Assembly (NCBI GenBank): GCA_030704615.1 | Contig: CM060731.1 | Location: forward strand, 77,376,001-77,440,000 | Direction of reading: 5' to 3' | DNA length: 64,000 nt | DNA from: Takakia lepidozioides | Taxonomy: Eukaryota > Plantae > Bryophyta | The notes under the pieces: model-generated | The model's input: only the letters and a program-made list of their open reading frames with translations | Database searches by the model: none | Told to the model about the DNA's origin: nothing | Program-made: the position numbers and the translations under genes | Shown: piece after piece, positions 50,335-61,490 of the stretch | How positions within the stretch are numbered: position 1 is the first letter of the stretch | Layout of the letters: every line of letters begins with the position of its first letter

Positions 50335-51899
50335 CTCGAGAAAGATCAGCTCGAGTCTGTGAGTGCCATGTTCGAGTTGTTTTGTAGCACTTGTGTTTTC
50401 ATGAGAAGCGGTTCAGCCTAGAGTGCAGGGATCCGTGCATGAGCCTATCCAAAGTGGATAGAGTGCAAAGGCGAACAGGTTGCAGGTTTGCAATGGATAG
50501 AGAGGCGGGTAGCCTATGTTGAAGAGCGGCGTTGCATAGCTCAACGCTATGGCAATCAAGTTTGGGCTTCTAGTGTGAAGCGGGGGAGATGCTGGTCTCG
50601 AGTGGGTGAACTGGTGGTCATCTTCTTCAGCTGTAGGCCAAGTTAAGGAGCTACAACAATGTGGAGCTGCGAGGGTGTTAGATGTAAGTCACAGTTATCG
50701 GGAGCTCCAACTTCAAGCTCATAAGGAGGTATGAGTGAAGAGAGATGGCTGATTTCTCTTGTATGCAAGCCAATGCATTTGTGGCTATGTTGAGTTGGGG
50801 GTTTCAATATGAAACTCCCACGGTATGAGGGCTCTTGCCATGGCAAGAGCGGGGCTGGAACAGGAGCTAAGAGGTGTGGCAAGGCCATGGAATGTGCACC
50901 TAGGGTTTCAGAGCTTGGAAGAAAAGTTCTTGCACCACAAGAGGAGTGTCTTGTGGCTGGAAATGTAAACCTTAGGGTTTCAGGAGCTTGGCAAGGGTTG
51001 TGGAGTGCTTAGTCTTGTCTTAGAGAGCATCAAGGAGCCAAGGAGCCAAAATAGGGGGCTGATATCTCTTGTGTGAAGAGGTTGCATGTGTGGAGCATGT
51101 ATTCAGCTCATTGAAGCTTCCATCTTCAAGCTTGGAGGGCAAGCAAGGAAGAGGGAAGGGCTGACTTCCCTTATGTGAGGGCAATGCATGTGTGGAGCAT
51201 GCTATCAGCCTGGTGAAGGCTTGCACTTTCAGGTGTGGGAGTGCAAGAAAGGAAGGAAGGGGCTGGTTTCCCTGTAGGGCATGTGGAGCATGCTTTCAGC
51301 CTGCTGAAGCTTGTATTTTCAGGTTTGTGGGTGCAAGAAATGAAGCAAAGGAGCTGATTCTCTTATGGTGAGAGTGGGGCATGTGTGGAGTATGCCTTCA
51401 GCCCATTGAGGCTCTTGTTTTCAAGCTTTAGAGAGCTAGAACGGAAGGTCTAGGGCTAGTTTCCACTTGGAGTGAAAGAAAAGCACTTGTAGGGCCTATA
51501 TGAGTTGGGGTTTCAACTTCAAGCTTGAAGGGAGCGCAACTCTTGAAGCAGCAGGTGTAGGGGGCTGGAATAGGCTCTAAGACAGATGTTATGGCCAAGG
51601 AGAGTGCTTGAATGAGTGCTCACAAGGGCTGGGAACCAGCAGGGCTTGGTTGTTTGCCATTGAGTTTAGTGGCGTGTTTGGGGAGGCTAAGTGAGAAAGA
51701 AGGCTTGGTTTGTGGCAACCACCTCATGGCTTAGGGCTACTATGGTGGTGTGTGGGAGCCGAAAGAGCAAGAATACCTTGCTGATTTCCTCACAGCCGCC
51801 ATAGCTCGGTGGAAAGAAGCCTAGAGTCCAAGAGACACAAACCCTAGCTTCGCGTGGCTAAACCCCTTGGAGAAATGGCTAAACTGCCAGAGCGGCCAT

Positions 51900-52960
51900 G
51901 GATGGGGCTGTGACGGGCTGTCCCTGTGGCCTTGGGGGCTGTGAGGGGCTGTGAGGGCTGTGCCGGGTTGCGCCGGTGGCCTTCAGGGCTGCGAGGGGCT
52001 GTGCCGGTGGCCTTGGGGCTGTGACGGGCTGTGAGGGCTTGTGAGGGCCTGTGCCGGTGGCCTTTGGGGCTGTGACGGGCTGTGAGAGGCTGTGAGAGGC
52101 TGTGCCCGTGGCCTTTGGGGCTGTGATGGGCTGTGAGGGGCTGTGACAGGCCGTGCCTGAGGCCTTTGGGGCTGTGACGGGCTGTGAGGGGCTGTGACAG
52201 GCTGTGCCCAATGGCCTGTGGGGCTGTGACGGGCTGTGCGGGGCTGTGACAGGCTGTGCCCTGTGGCCTGTGGGGCTGTGACAGGCTGTGGCGAGCTGTG
52301 ATGGGCTGTGGCGGGCTGTGACAGGCTGTGCCTTGTGGCCTGTGGGGCTGTGACGGGCTGTGACAGGTTGTGGCGAGCTGTGACGGGCTATGAGGGGCTG
52401 TGACAGCCTGTGCCCAGTGGCCTGTGGGGCTGTGACGGGCTATGAGGGGCTGTGACAGGCTATGCCCTGTGGCCTGTGGGGCTGTGACGGGATGTGACAG
52501 GCTGTGGCGAGCTGTGACAGGCTGTGATGGGCTGTGATGGGCTGTGACAGGCTATGCCCTGTGCCTTGTGGGGCTGTGACGGGCTATAAGGGGCTGTGAC
52601 AGGCTGTGCCTAGTGGCTTGTGGGGCTGTGACGGGCTGTGAGGGGCTGTGACAGGCTGTGCCCAGTGGCCTGTGGGGCTGTGACGGGCTGTGAGGGGCTG
52701 TGGCCTTTGGGGCTGTGACCCCTGTGACCTGTGTCGGGCTGTGACAGGTTGTGCCCTGTGGCCTATGGGGCTGTGAGGGGCTGTGATAGGCTGTGGCCTT
52801 TGGGGCTGTGACCCTGTGATCTTTGTAGGGTTGTGACAGGCTGTGCCTGTGGCCTTTGGGGTTGTGATGGGCTGTGACAGGCTGCGGCTTGTGGGGTTGT
52901 GACCCAGTGACCTGTGTAGGGCTGTGACAGGCTGTGGCCTGTGAGCTATGTGGGCCTGTG
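51900..52960 (+). repeat. GGCTGTGAC-based tandem array in the family B 5' leader
   Basis: About 1.05 kb of 10-bp units in ~40-bp higher-order repeats. Partial copy at ~33520-33620. Confidence 0.92.
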
Positions 52961-53122
52961 CTGGTCTGTGGTGGCCTATGTTGACCTGTGGACGGCCTGT
53001 GCTGACTTGTGGAGGCACTGGTGGACTGCCTAAGGACTGGCATGTGGTCTTGAAGGCCGAATTTTGAAGCTCGTGGAGGGCGGTTTGAGGAGTATCTTCA
53101 TGATATTCCCATGGTCATGCAA

Positions 53123-53545
53123 GTGAGGGAAGATATGAGAGGAAGAGTGTTGGGATGAGGGCATGCTGGGGTTAGGCATTGCTTTAGCTTCTCTTCCTCG
53201 TAGTTTCCACCCTCTCATTAGGCCAAGACCTTTCCGTAGGTGGAGGCAAGAGTCAGTCCGGGTTTGGGCTGGGGTGTCCTTGCAGGAGCAACACCGTGCA
53301 GTTGTTTTTGGTGTGGGGGAGTTGTCATTCTGATTTCTTGTGTTTGGATCCTCTCCATACCTGCATGTTTGACTGTGCGCCATGCTAATTTTGTGTGGGC
53401 GCTTGTTTTTATAGGTGATTGGTCCGGATTTGATCACCGGCCAGTCCTAGAGCATGCTGTCGATGGTGAGGCTGGGATGATGACCAGCCAGACCATCATT
53501 GTTTCTCCTGTGGTGAGGTTGGAGGTGATGACCAGCCAACCATAG
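53123..53545 (+). other. Putative 423-bp intron in the family B 5' leader
   Basis: GTGAGG...CATAG, precisely absent from copy 1 (junction 33340/33341). Confidence 0.75.
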
Positions 53546-53675
53546 GAGTGCTTGCGGTGGATGCAGGTACAGGTGTAGGCTATGTTAGGAACTTAGTATT
53601 CCAAACCCTAAGCCGCAACAGGTTCTCTACCTGGTTACCTTGTGGAGAGGGGGTTAGGGACATGTTCATGACCGG

Positions 53676-55121
53676 TTGAGTGTCAACACGGAGGTGCCAC
53701 TAGTTGCTGGGGACAGTGCCGGTTCGAGCACTAGCGATATTAGTGGGTACACGAGACGAGGTGTGCGGTTTAGGCCACCTTCACCTCCTGTGTCTTCTAC
53801 GGAAGGTTCTGATTCGGATTGTGAATCAGGAGGACTTATACCGGCGGTGCAAGTTGTTTCTTTGCCATTGTTGTGGGATACAATAGAGGAGATGTATGGA
53901 GCTACCAAGGGGCCACGAAGGTACTCTGGGGCGGTGGGCACCATTGAGTTGGATGATTTTATCCAAGAGTTTGATAGTTGGTGTGATTTGCAACAAATGC
54001 GCAATCCACAACTATTTACGCCTTTCATGGCATGGAAGGGGCTGTTTCAGCACCTTGAGGGGCCGCCTATGGATGATTACCATGAGTTCAAGTGGGGGCA
54101 TGAGGTTGAGATCGAGGAGTGGAGGATGTACTGGTCACCCGACTATGTCTCCATCACTAGGGGCACTAGAGCCACGAGGGCGGTGGCTACACCTGCCGCT
54201 GCACCGGCAGCTTCAGCAAGTAGCAGTGGGACTAGTGGGACTGGTGGTACAGTAGCTACGACGTCCACTCAAGCCACTACCGCACCAGCACTAGTACCCG
54301 TGCCTGCCTTCAACCCTGTTGTGGAGTTCTTCGAAGAGTTGAGAGGGAACTACCAAGGGGTGAGGACAGAGAAGTTGCGGAGCTTGCAAGAGTTCCAACG
54401 GAAGCCGACCGAGAGCTTGAGGGAGGCTTTCACTCGCATGAGGTGCTTGATAAATGTAACCCAAAGGGTTACGGAAGCTCAGGCAGTCCAATTCTGGTAT
54501 GGGATATTGGACAAGGAGCTGAGGAGAAGGGTGCGGGATGCAACTCTCCTACAAGCGGCCCAACCCACCTTAGCAAATGTGTTTTTGCTGGCAGAGCGGA
54601 TAGAGCTCAACATGGTGGAGGAACGAGTGGTCATGGTGGGATTTGCTAAGGAGACACCACGGGATAGTGGTGCTCCTAGCCAACCACTACCTCAACGTGC
54701 TCAAGGCAACAAGGGGGCTCAGGTGAAGCTCAGGGAAGGGCAGAGAGGACCTCAGATGCAGGGCTCTCTCCCTTCATTTGCTGGCCAACAACAGGCGGAT
54801 GTGGTGTGCTGGACATGTGGAGGACCCCATGTCAAGAAGGATTGCCCAGAGGGAGGCAAAGGGCCGGCACATGCACATCCTGCACAATTGCAGTGTGGGC
54901 ATTGTGGCAAGCACGGGCATAGAGAGGCCCAGTATTATGGTTTGCATCCTGAGTTGCGCCCAGGCCAATTCCAAGGGAACAATGGTGGCCGGGGGCGAGG
55001 TGGAGCAGCCCAGAGAGGACGAGGTGGCCAGCCACGAGGTGCAGGCCAAAGGCAAGCTCAAAATGGCCAAGGACGCAGAGGTCAGGGTGTTGACCAAGGC
55101 ATGGCCAACCGGCTTCAGTAG
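53676..55121 (+). CDS. gag: Family B gag (copy 2, uninterrupted ORF; start codon uncertain)
   Basis: 481-aa ORF with CWTCGGPHVKKDC and CGHCGKHGH knuckles and an RGG-rich tail. Confidence 0.85.
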   Translation: MSVNTEVPLVAGDSAGSSTSDISGYTRRGVRFRPPSPPVSSTEGSDSDCESGGLIPAVQVVSLPLLWDTIEEMYGATKGPRRYSGAVGTIELDDFIQEFDSWCDLQQMRNPQLFTPFMAWKGLFQHLEGPPMDDYHEFKWGHEVEIEEWRMYWSPDYVSITRGTRATRAVATPAAAPAASASSSGTSGTGGTVATTSTQATTAPALVPVPAFNPVVEFFEELRGNYQGVRTEKLRSLQEFQRKPTESLREAFTRMRCLINVTQRVTEAQAVQFWYGILDKELRRRVRDATLLQAAQPTLANVFLLAERIELNMVEERVVMVGFAKETPRDSGAPSQPLPQRAQGNKGAQVKLREGQRGPQMQGSLPSFAGQQQADVVCWTCGGPHVKKDCPEGGKGPAHAHPAQLQCGHCGKHGHREAQYYGLHPELRPGQFQGNNGGRGRGGAAQRGRGGQPRGAGQRQAQNGQGRRGQGVDQGMANRLQ

Positions 55122-58100
55122 CTAGAGCAGAGGCTCGCTGCCATGGCTACAGCTCAGGTGGTACCGGCTCTAAGGCCGGATGGTCCACCTCCTGCTCCTG
55201 AGGGAGGAGATATGGGAGGCATGGGATTCATGTGTGGAGTAGCACTACCACTAGTGCAGGTGGAGTCTGCTGCAGCCGTGACTCGAGGAGCAGCACGAGT
55301 TCCTGAGCCACGAGGTACAGAGGTAGAGTTGGATCCACATCGTGGGGAGGCAAGCCGTCAGGCTAGGCTTCCTCAGTCATTCACATTGGCGGAGACAGTG
55401 TCGACGCCATCTATGGCACCTAGTTCTCGCCCGACTGTTACCGAGGCAGAGGTTACTATGCCATTAGGGAGAGCTACACGGGTAGCACCACTACCTAGTG
55501 TTGCCAAGGCTACGGCAACTAGTGTGATGCTAGGAGCGGCCACATTTGTGTGCCAGGCTCCATTGTTCTCGGCTACCATGATTGCGACGCCGGGGGTAAG
55601 ACCAGCTGAGGTGTTCAAGCTGGCAGCTACACTCTGTGAGAGTGGGGAGGTTACTTCATCTTCTGCGGAGATAGTGGGAGGTGTAGTGCCGGAGGGATCC
55701 TCGGATTTGAGGGTCAAGACTGCCACGGCGGCGCCATGGCAAGCTGCAGCTGCTAGGTTGATGGAGCTGCCAGCTAGGCCAGCCATTGAGCGCGCCATGG
55801 TGACACCTGGAGTTGTCATGTTAGACAACCAGGATGACATTTTCTGTTTGAGTGGACCGGCAGGCAAGAAGTACTGGCCACTGCGGATCTTGTTGGACTC
55901 GGGAGTTCAGCCACTGATGCTGGGCAGAGCTGCTATTGCAGGCTTGGGCCTCACGGAGGTGGATATAGAGCCTTGTCCTTTCCAGATACAGACGTCTCTG
56001 GGAGGATCGGAGCAGGCTCGGGGCATGACACGGCGTGAGTTGGCTATCAGACTACGGCCGGATCACCCTACAGATGGCTCAGTGATGCGAGCCAAGGCCA
56101 TTTTGACAGACGCTGTCTCATACGATGTCCTGGTTGGTGGGGCAGTGTTGTACCCTATGGGCTTCACCCTGGATTTTTGGGAGGAGTGAGCTTCCTATAG
56201 GCCTGCATGGCAGTCAGGGGAGGGCCGGCGTGTGCAGCTCCCTGTGACGTTCATAGGAGGAGTTGAAATTGCCCAGCGAGGCAAGATGCCAACACTAGCA
56301 GCATTCACAGTGACAGTGAGTTGGCCTAGAGAGTTGCTTGAGGGCAACGCTCATTCAGAGGATGTGCCACCTCCGGGAGAGCAGGATAACATGTATGGTA
56401 TGGCGGAGTTGCCTACCATGGTTGCTCAGACTCCATTGTGGGGCACGAGCAAGGATTTGCAGCGGGATGCTGATCGACGGGTGCAACAAGCCTGGGTGGA
56501 GGCTTTTGTACCGTCAGGAGAGGAGGAGAGTGCGGGGATTACACCAGGACCACCTCAATTGTCTCCATTGGACACCACACCTATTGTGTGGCAGTATCCG
56601 GATGAAGGCATTTGTCTTCTGGACTTGTTTGGCGGGATCAGCACCGGATTGGCTGCTGTGTTACAGGCAGGTGTATGAGTTCAGTGTTACCTGTATGTGG
56701 AGAGGGATGAGACTGCACGACACGTTTCACTTCGCCATGTTGCTCAGTTGGTGCAGCGGTACCCTGAGTTGTTGTCGGTGTCTGCAATTCGTGGATATCA
56801 GCAGGCCTTGCCAGCAGACATTTCGTTGTTGGGGCGCAGGATTTGGAGCGGGTTGGCTCCATTGATCTGGTAGTGGCAGGTTGGCCCTGCCAAGGGCATT
56901 CATCAGCCGGGCATGGCAATGGATTGCGAGACTCGAGGTCGGGTCTGTTTTGGGGATGGTGCGGGTTTTGCTCCACTTGCAGCTTCATCAAGCTGTATCT
57001 CCAGCATACATCTTGGAGAATGTGCCACTGATGGGCGATTCTCGGGCCAGGGTGATGGCCAGTGTGCATCAAGTCCGGTCATGGCTTGGGTCAGCAGTGT
57101 TGCTAGATGCAGCTACAGTGGGGTCACGGGCTCATCGTCCACGGCTATGGTGGACTAACTTGATGCCACCCGCACTGCTCAAGCGTGCATTTGATCGGGT
57201 TGTGTCAGCGGCCAGCATATCTCACAGTGGATAGCATTTGGACACAGGGAGGCAGTCTCAGCGTGTGTGAGACACGATGACCGTTCGCCTTTGGCAGTGG
57301 TCAACAAGGTGGGTCAACCACGAGCAGCATTACCTACACTGCTCAGCTCCCAGGATCGCATGCTTTCCGAGATAGTGGACCTGGCCTCCTGTGGGATGCT
57401 TAGTTGCAGCAGTTAGTGGAGCCTAATGCTGACGAGCGTGAGCGGGCAATGGGTTTTACCACTGGTACCACGGCGGTGTCGTCTCTTTCTGAGGCATCAC
57501 GTCGTCAAGTGTTGGGGCAAGCAATGGATCTCAATTGCTTGACCTGGATTATCAACTTGGCTCTGGTTGAGCAACGCAGAGTGCGGGAGTACACTTCCCT
57601 TGATGGTCTCTCCCCTACCGAGACGGTACAGGCAGTGAGTGAGTGGGGGCGAGCATGTGAGGACCACGGGGTGCATGCATCCATGGCACACGTGGGAGAG
57701 TGCTCGAGGTTCAGAGGGAGTTGGCAGCCAAGCGGCTGTGATGGATGAGGTTAGGGATTTTCCGGGTTGAGGAGGTCCTCAAGGATGAGATGATGGGGCA
57801 GGATGAGGCCTGTCATTGACTGAGCAGGTAGGAAGTACTGCTCAAGAGGTTGCAACATAGCAACCACTGGACGCGTCCTCTACCTCTAAGCCCACTGGAT
57901 TAAGGTTGCAGTTACGGAGGACAATGGGAGCCTGACATTGGACCCATTGTCACGGAGGAGAGAGACGACGTATACGGCGGTTCGTGAGGGTTACAAGAAT
58001 TGCTTTGCCTTCAGTTTGAAGGACTTGGGAGCACTGAAGGGTCAAGAATCCGTATTGAGTTGGCCACTGACACGCAATATTCGGAGACCCTATAGATATA

Positions 58101-61018
58101 GTGACATGGAGAGGTCTTTGATTCAGATGAGGACTCAAGATCTCTGGGAGGCAGGTTTGGTGGAGCTCTCTGGTGGAGAGTATGCTTCAGCCACAGTGAT
58201 GCTAGCAAGAAGGAGGTCTATGGCAATTGGACGGAGAGACGTTTGTGCGGTGATTACCGGCCTGTAAATCGTCAGACCAAGTCCGATAAGTATGCCATGC
58301 CAACACCAGAGGAGATCTTTGATGCCATTCGGGAATGCTAAGGCCTTAGCACTTTGGATTACGATCCGGTATCACCAGTTGCCAATCAAGGAGGCGGAAC
58401 AAGCAGAGACGGCATTCTGGGGATCAATGAGCACGGCAAGGATTGCCTATATCAGTGGCGGGTTCTTACCATTTGGGCGCTTAAGAATGCTCCGCAAAGT
58501 TTCAGAGAGTCATGGATAGGATTCTAGCAGGGGTGTGACTTTGTCGGTGCTACATAGATGACATCATCATCTTTAGTGTTACGATGGAGGAGCATGAGAG
58601 ACACCTTCAGGTGGTATTGGAGCGCTTGGAGCGCGCACGGATTGAAGTTGCATCCGGGGGAGTGCAAGTTTTTTCCACAACCAGATTGAGTATCTGGGTC
58701 CATGATATATCCTAGAGGATTGGGGGTACAGCAGACTAAGGTAGAGGCCATTGCACAAATTTCCACGCCCCACGGATGTGAGCCGAGTTCGAGCTTTCAT
58801 GGGGTTTGACAAACTATTATAGACGGTTGTCAAGGGATTTAGTACCATTGCAAGGGCTCTAACCAAGACTGACCAAGGGGACCAGGAGTGGCAGTGGGAA
58901 GATGGCAGGAACAAGCTTTTCAAAGAGCTCAAGGTGAGGTTGACTCGGCGCCTATCTGAGACGACCTATCAGGGGGCGTCCCTTTCAGTTCATACGGATG
59001 GAGCATGCTGGGGCTTGGAACGGTTTGCTTACACAAGTGGATGATGAGGGAAGAGAGTTCGTAGTAGTGGCTTATGCTAGCTGCTCGGAACAACGAGCAG
59101 AGGCTAAGTACAGCTCATTGAGGGAGAGTGCTTAGCTGCAGTGTGGGCCGTGGCACACTTCAGGTGCTATCTATATGGCAATCTTTTCACCCTTGTCACG
59201 GATCACCAACCACTCAAGTGGTTGATGGAGTCAGACAAGCTTACGGGGAAGCTTTGCACGTGGGCACTCATACTTCAGGAGTATGACTTTTAGGTTGGCA
59301 TCGACCGGGTTTGGTCAATCGGGATGCGGATGGATTGAGTCGCAATCCATGCACGAGCCAACACGATGACACTGGAGCTCGGTGGATGGTGGTGAGACGG
59401 AACGAGGAGATGGTGCAGGATGGCACGCATCTGCATTTTGTGTATCTTGGCATCGGGAGAGGTTCAGGTTGGACCTACAACAGGGATGACTGTAGACGGA
59501 GTGTCTGAGGACCCTGAGGCTAGTGATGAGCCAGGTGGTGCCAGAGATATAACATGAGGATTCGGCTGTGTTGGACTACCTCCGCACGGGAGACACAGCA
59601 GCCACTGTGATTGCCAGGGAGAGGGGGAAGGATCCTGCACACGAGCCAAGAGGTTGAAGGGAAGGGATACACCTACTTCGAGTGTGGGAGGATGGTCGGG
59701 TGAGGATTGTGCCTCACCCCACACAGCATGCACGGTTAGTGCGGCATGCCCATGAGGAGTGGGGGCATTTGGAGTGCGACGCACTCACAGTTTACTAAGG
59801 GGCAGTATGGTGGCGTGGTATATGCATACAGAGGTCTCAAACAGTTCGTGGCTAGGTGCATGGAGTTGCTGACAGGGTGCGTGTGCTTCATTCAAGTCCC
59901 TACACCATAATTGCATCCTTTACCAATCATGGGATTGGGCTAAGGTGGAGTCTTGACTTCGCAGGACCGTGCCACTGACTATGCGCCACCACAGATATGG
60001 TTGGTGATGGTGGAGCACTTCTCTAAGATTGAGTTGGTTCCATTGACCTGACAGGAGAGGAGGAGGCTGAGTATGCATTCTTGGATCGTAGCTTAGCCGA
60101 TTGGTGATAAGATGAGGTACTCACGGACAAAGGGTACCAAGGAGAGTTAGGAGAGTTCTGGGGGGAGTTTCAGGCTTGGTGTGTGCTAAAGCCTTGATAG
60201 ACCACCGCACCACTTCTCGGGATCATCATGAGGCCGATGGATTGGCCAGAGAGAGAGAGAGTTGTTCAGACGGTGAAGGGGTTTTGCGCAAGTATGGCTT
60301 GCAGAAGGAACACTTATGAGATTTAGATCTTCCGGTTCCTTGTTTAGCCATGGGCTACAGGTTCAGCAAAAAAGCATCACTTGCCTATTCTCACCATATT
60401 TACTTCTCTTTGGCCGAGAAGACGGATTTGCCTTGCAGCCATTCGTAGGGACATGCTCAAGTCCTTACCTTTGACGATCGGACGTTGTGGGTACGTGCAT
60501 GTGATCAGCGTGCAGAGTTGTCAAGAAAGTCATGCCCATGGCTTTTGTGAACATTGCCATTGCACAGCACCATGATACGTTGAGGTATGCCACTATAAAT
60601 GGTGGAGGATATCGTCCACTCCTGGGGTTTCGGAGGTTTAGCCCCTGGTGATATGTTATTTGCAGCAGAATGCTCCTACGACTCTGGATGTTACACAGGG
60701 CGCGTGTTATTCTGAGGGTTCGAGAGGTGTTGCCCTCAGGGGTCCTGAGCTTGGAGGGTCGGGATGAAATGACTTGGAAGGACATGGCTCGTAATTGTGC
60801 GCCATGTCACCCTTCCAAAGTCGATGGCAGAGTTGACCCAAACTTGGGACAGTGGTACCTGCAGGTTTGAGGTGCATGCTTCTGTGGGTCTGCCAAAGGG
60901 GGCAGCCACCATGAGGTGTGTGATCGATGCTCAAGGGGTTGGCATATGGGATGCTTGACACCACCTCTTGAGAAGGTTCCTGAATGGAGATTGGTTGTGT
61001 CCACACTGCTTGGGATAG
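55122..61018 (+). pseudogene. pol: Family B pol (copy 2): PR, DNMT (~56590-57560), RT, RH, INT, PHD (~60873-61018)
   Basis: LLDSG; LDLFGGIST, GWPCQG, ILENV, RPRLWWTN, ERERAMGF..LGQAMD; RT, RH and INT remnants. Stops at 56187 and 56676; many indels after 57200. Confidence 0.9.
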
Positions 61019-61287
61019 TGGCAGGGGAAATGACTGGAGGCAGCTAACAAGACATGGGAGGCCAAGGCTCATAGGAGTCAATACATGAGATCCCAAGCTC
61101 AAGTTCACAGGGTGCAAGACGGCGACTAATGATGGGGCAACTCTTGCACCCGGCCTTTTTCTTGATCTATAGAGGTTTGAGTGTAGTAGGGATAAATGGT
61201 GGAGGATTAGTGAGGGCTATATGGTCACTATCACATCTGTGGGCTACCGGACTTAGAGGGACCTAAGGCACCAGCTAAGGGGGCGAT

Positions 61288-61486
61288 TGGGTGTGTGGGA
61301 ATAGTTGACTGCCATAGTGGGTAGCATAGTGGTAGATTAGTGACTGACTAGTTGTAGCCTAGTGGTTGGATTAGTGGCGGTGGACTAGTGGTGGACTAGT
61401 GGTATACTAGTGTGTGGTGTGCAAAGGTGTTGTGTGGTTGTTGGACAGGCGATGTAGTTGTGTAGCGATATGTATACGCAACGACA
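61288..61486 (+). repeat. Terminal repeat X
   Basis: Matches the reverse complement of 25553-25740, preceded by a PPT. Confidence 0.85.
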
Positions 61487-61490
61487 ACCC

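Larger units (their letters stand above)
50014..61486 (+). mobile_element. Family B copy 2: end-to-end DNMT/PHD gypsy element with ACCC TSD
   Basis: TGTC...GACA termini. ACCC at 50010-50013 and 61487-61490. Family C sequence resumes on the far side. Confidence 0.92.
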
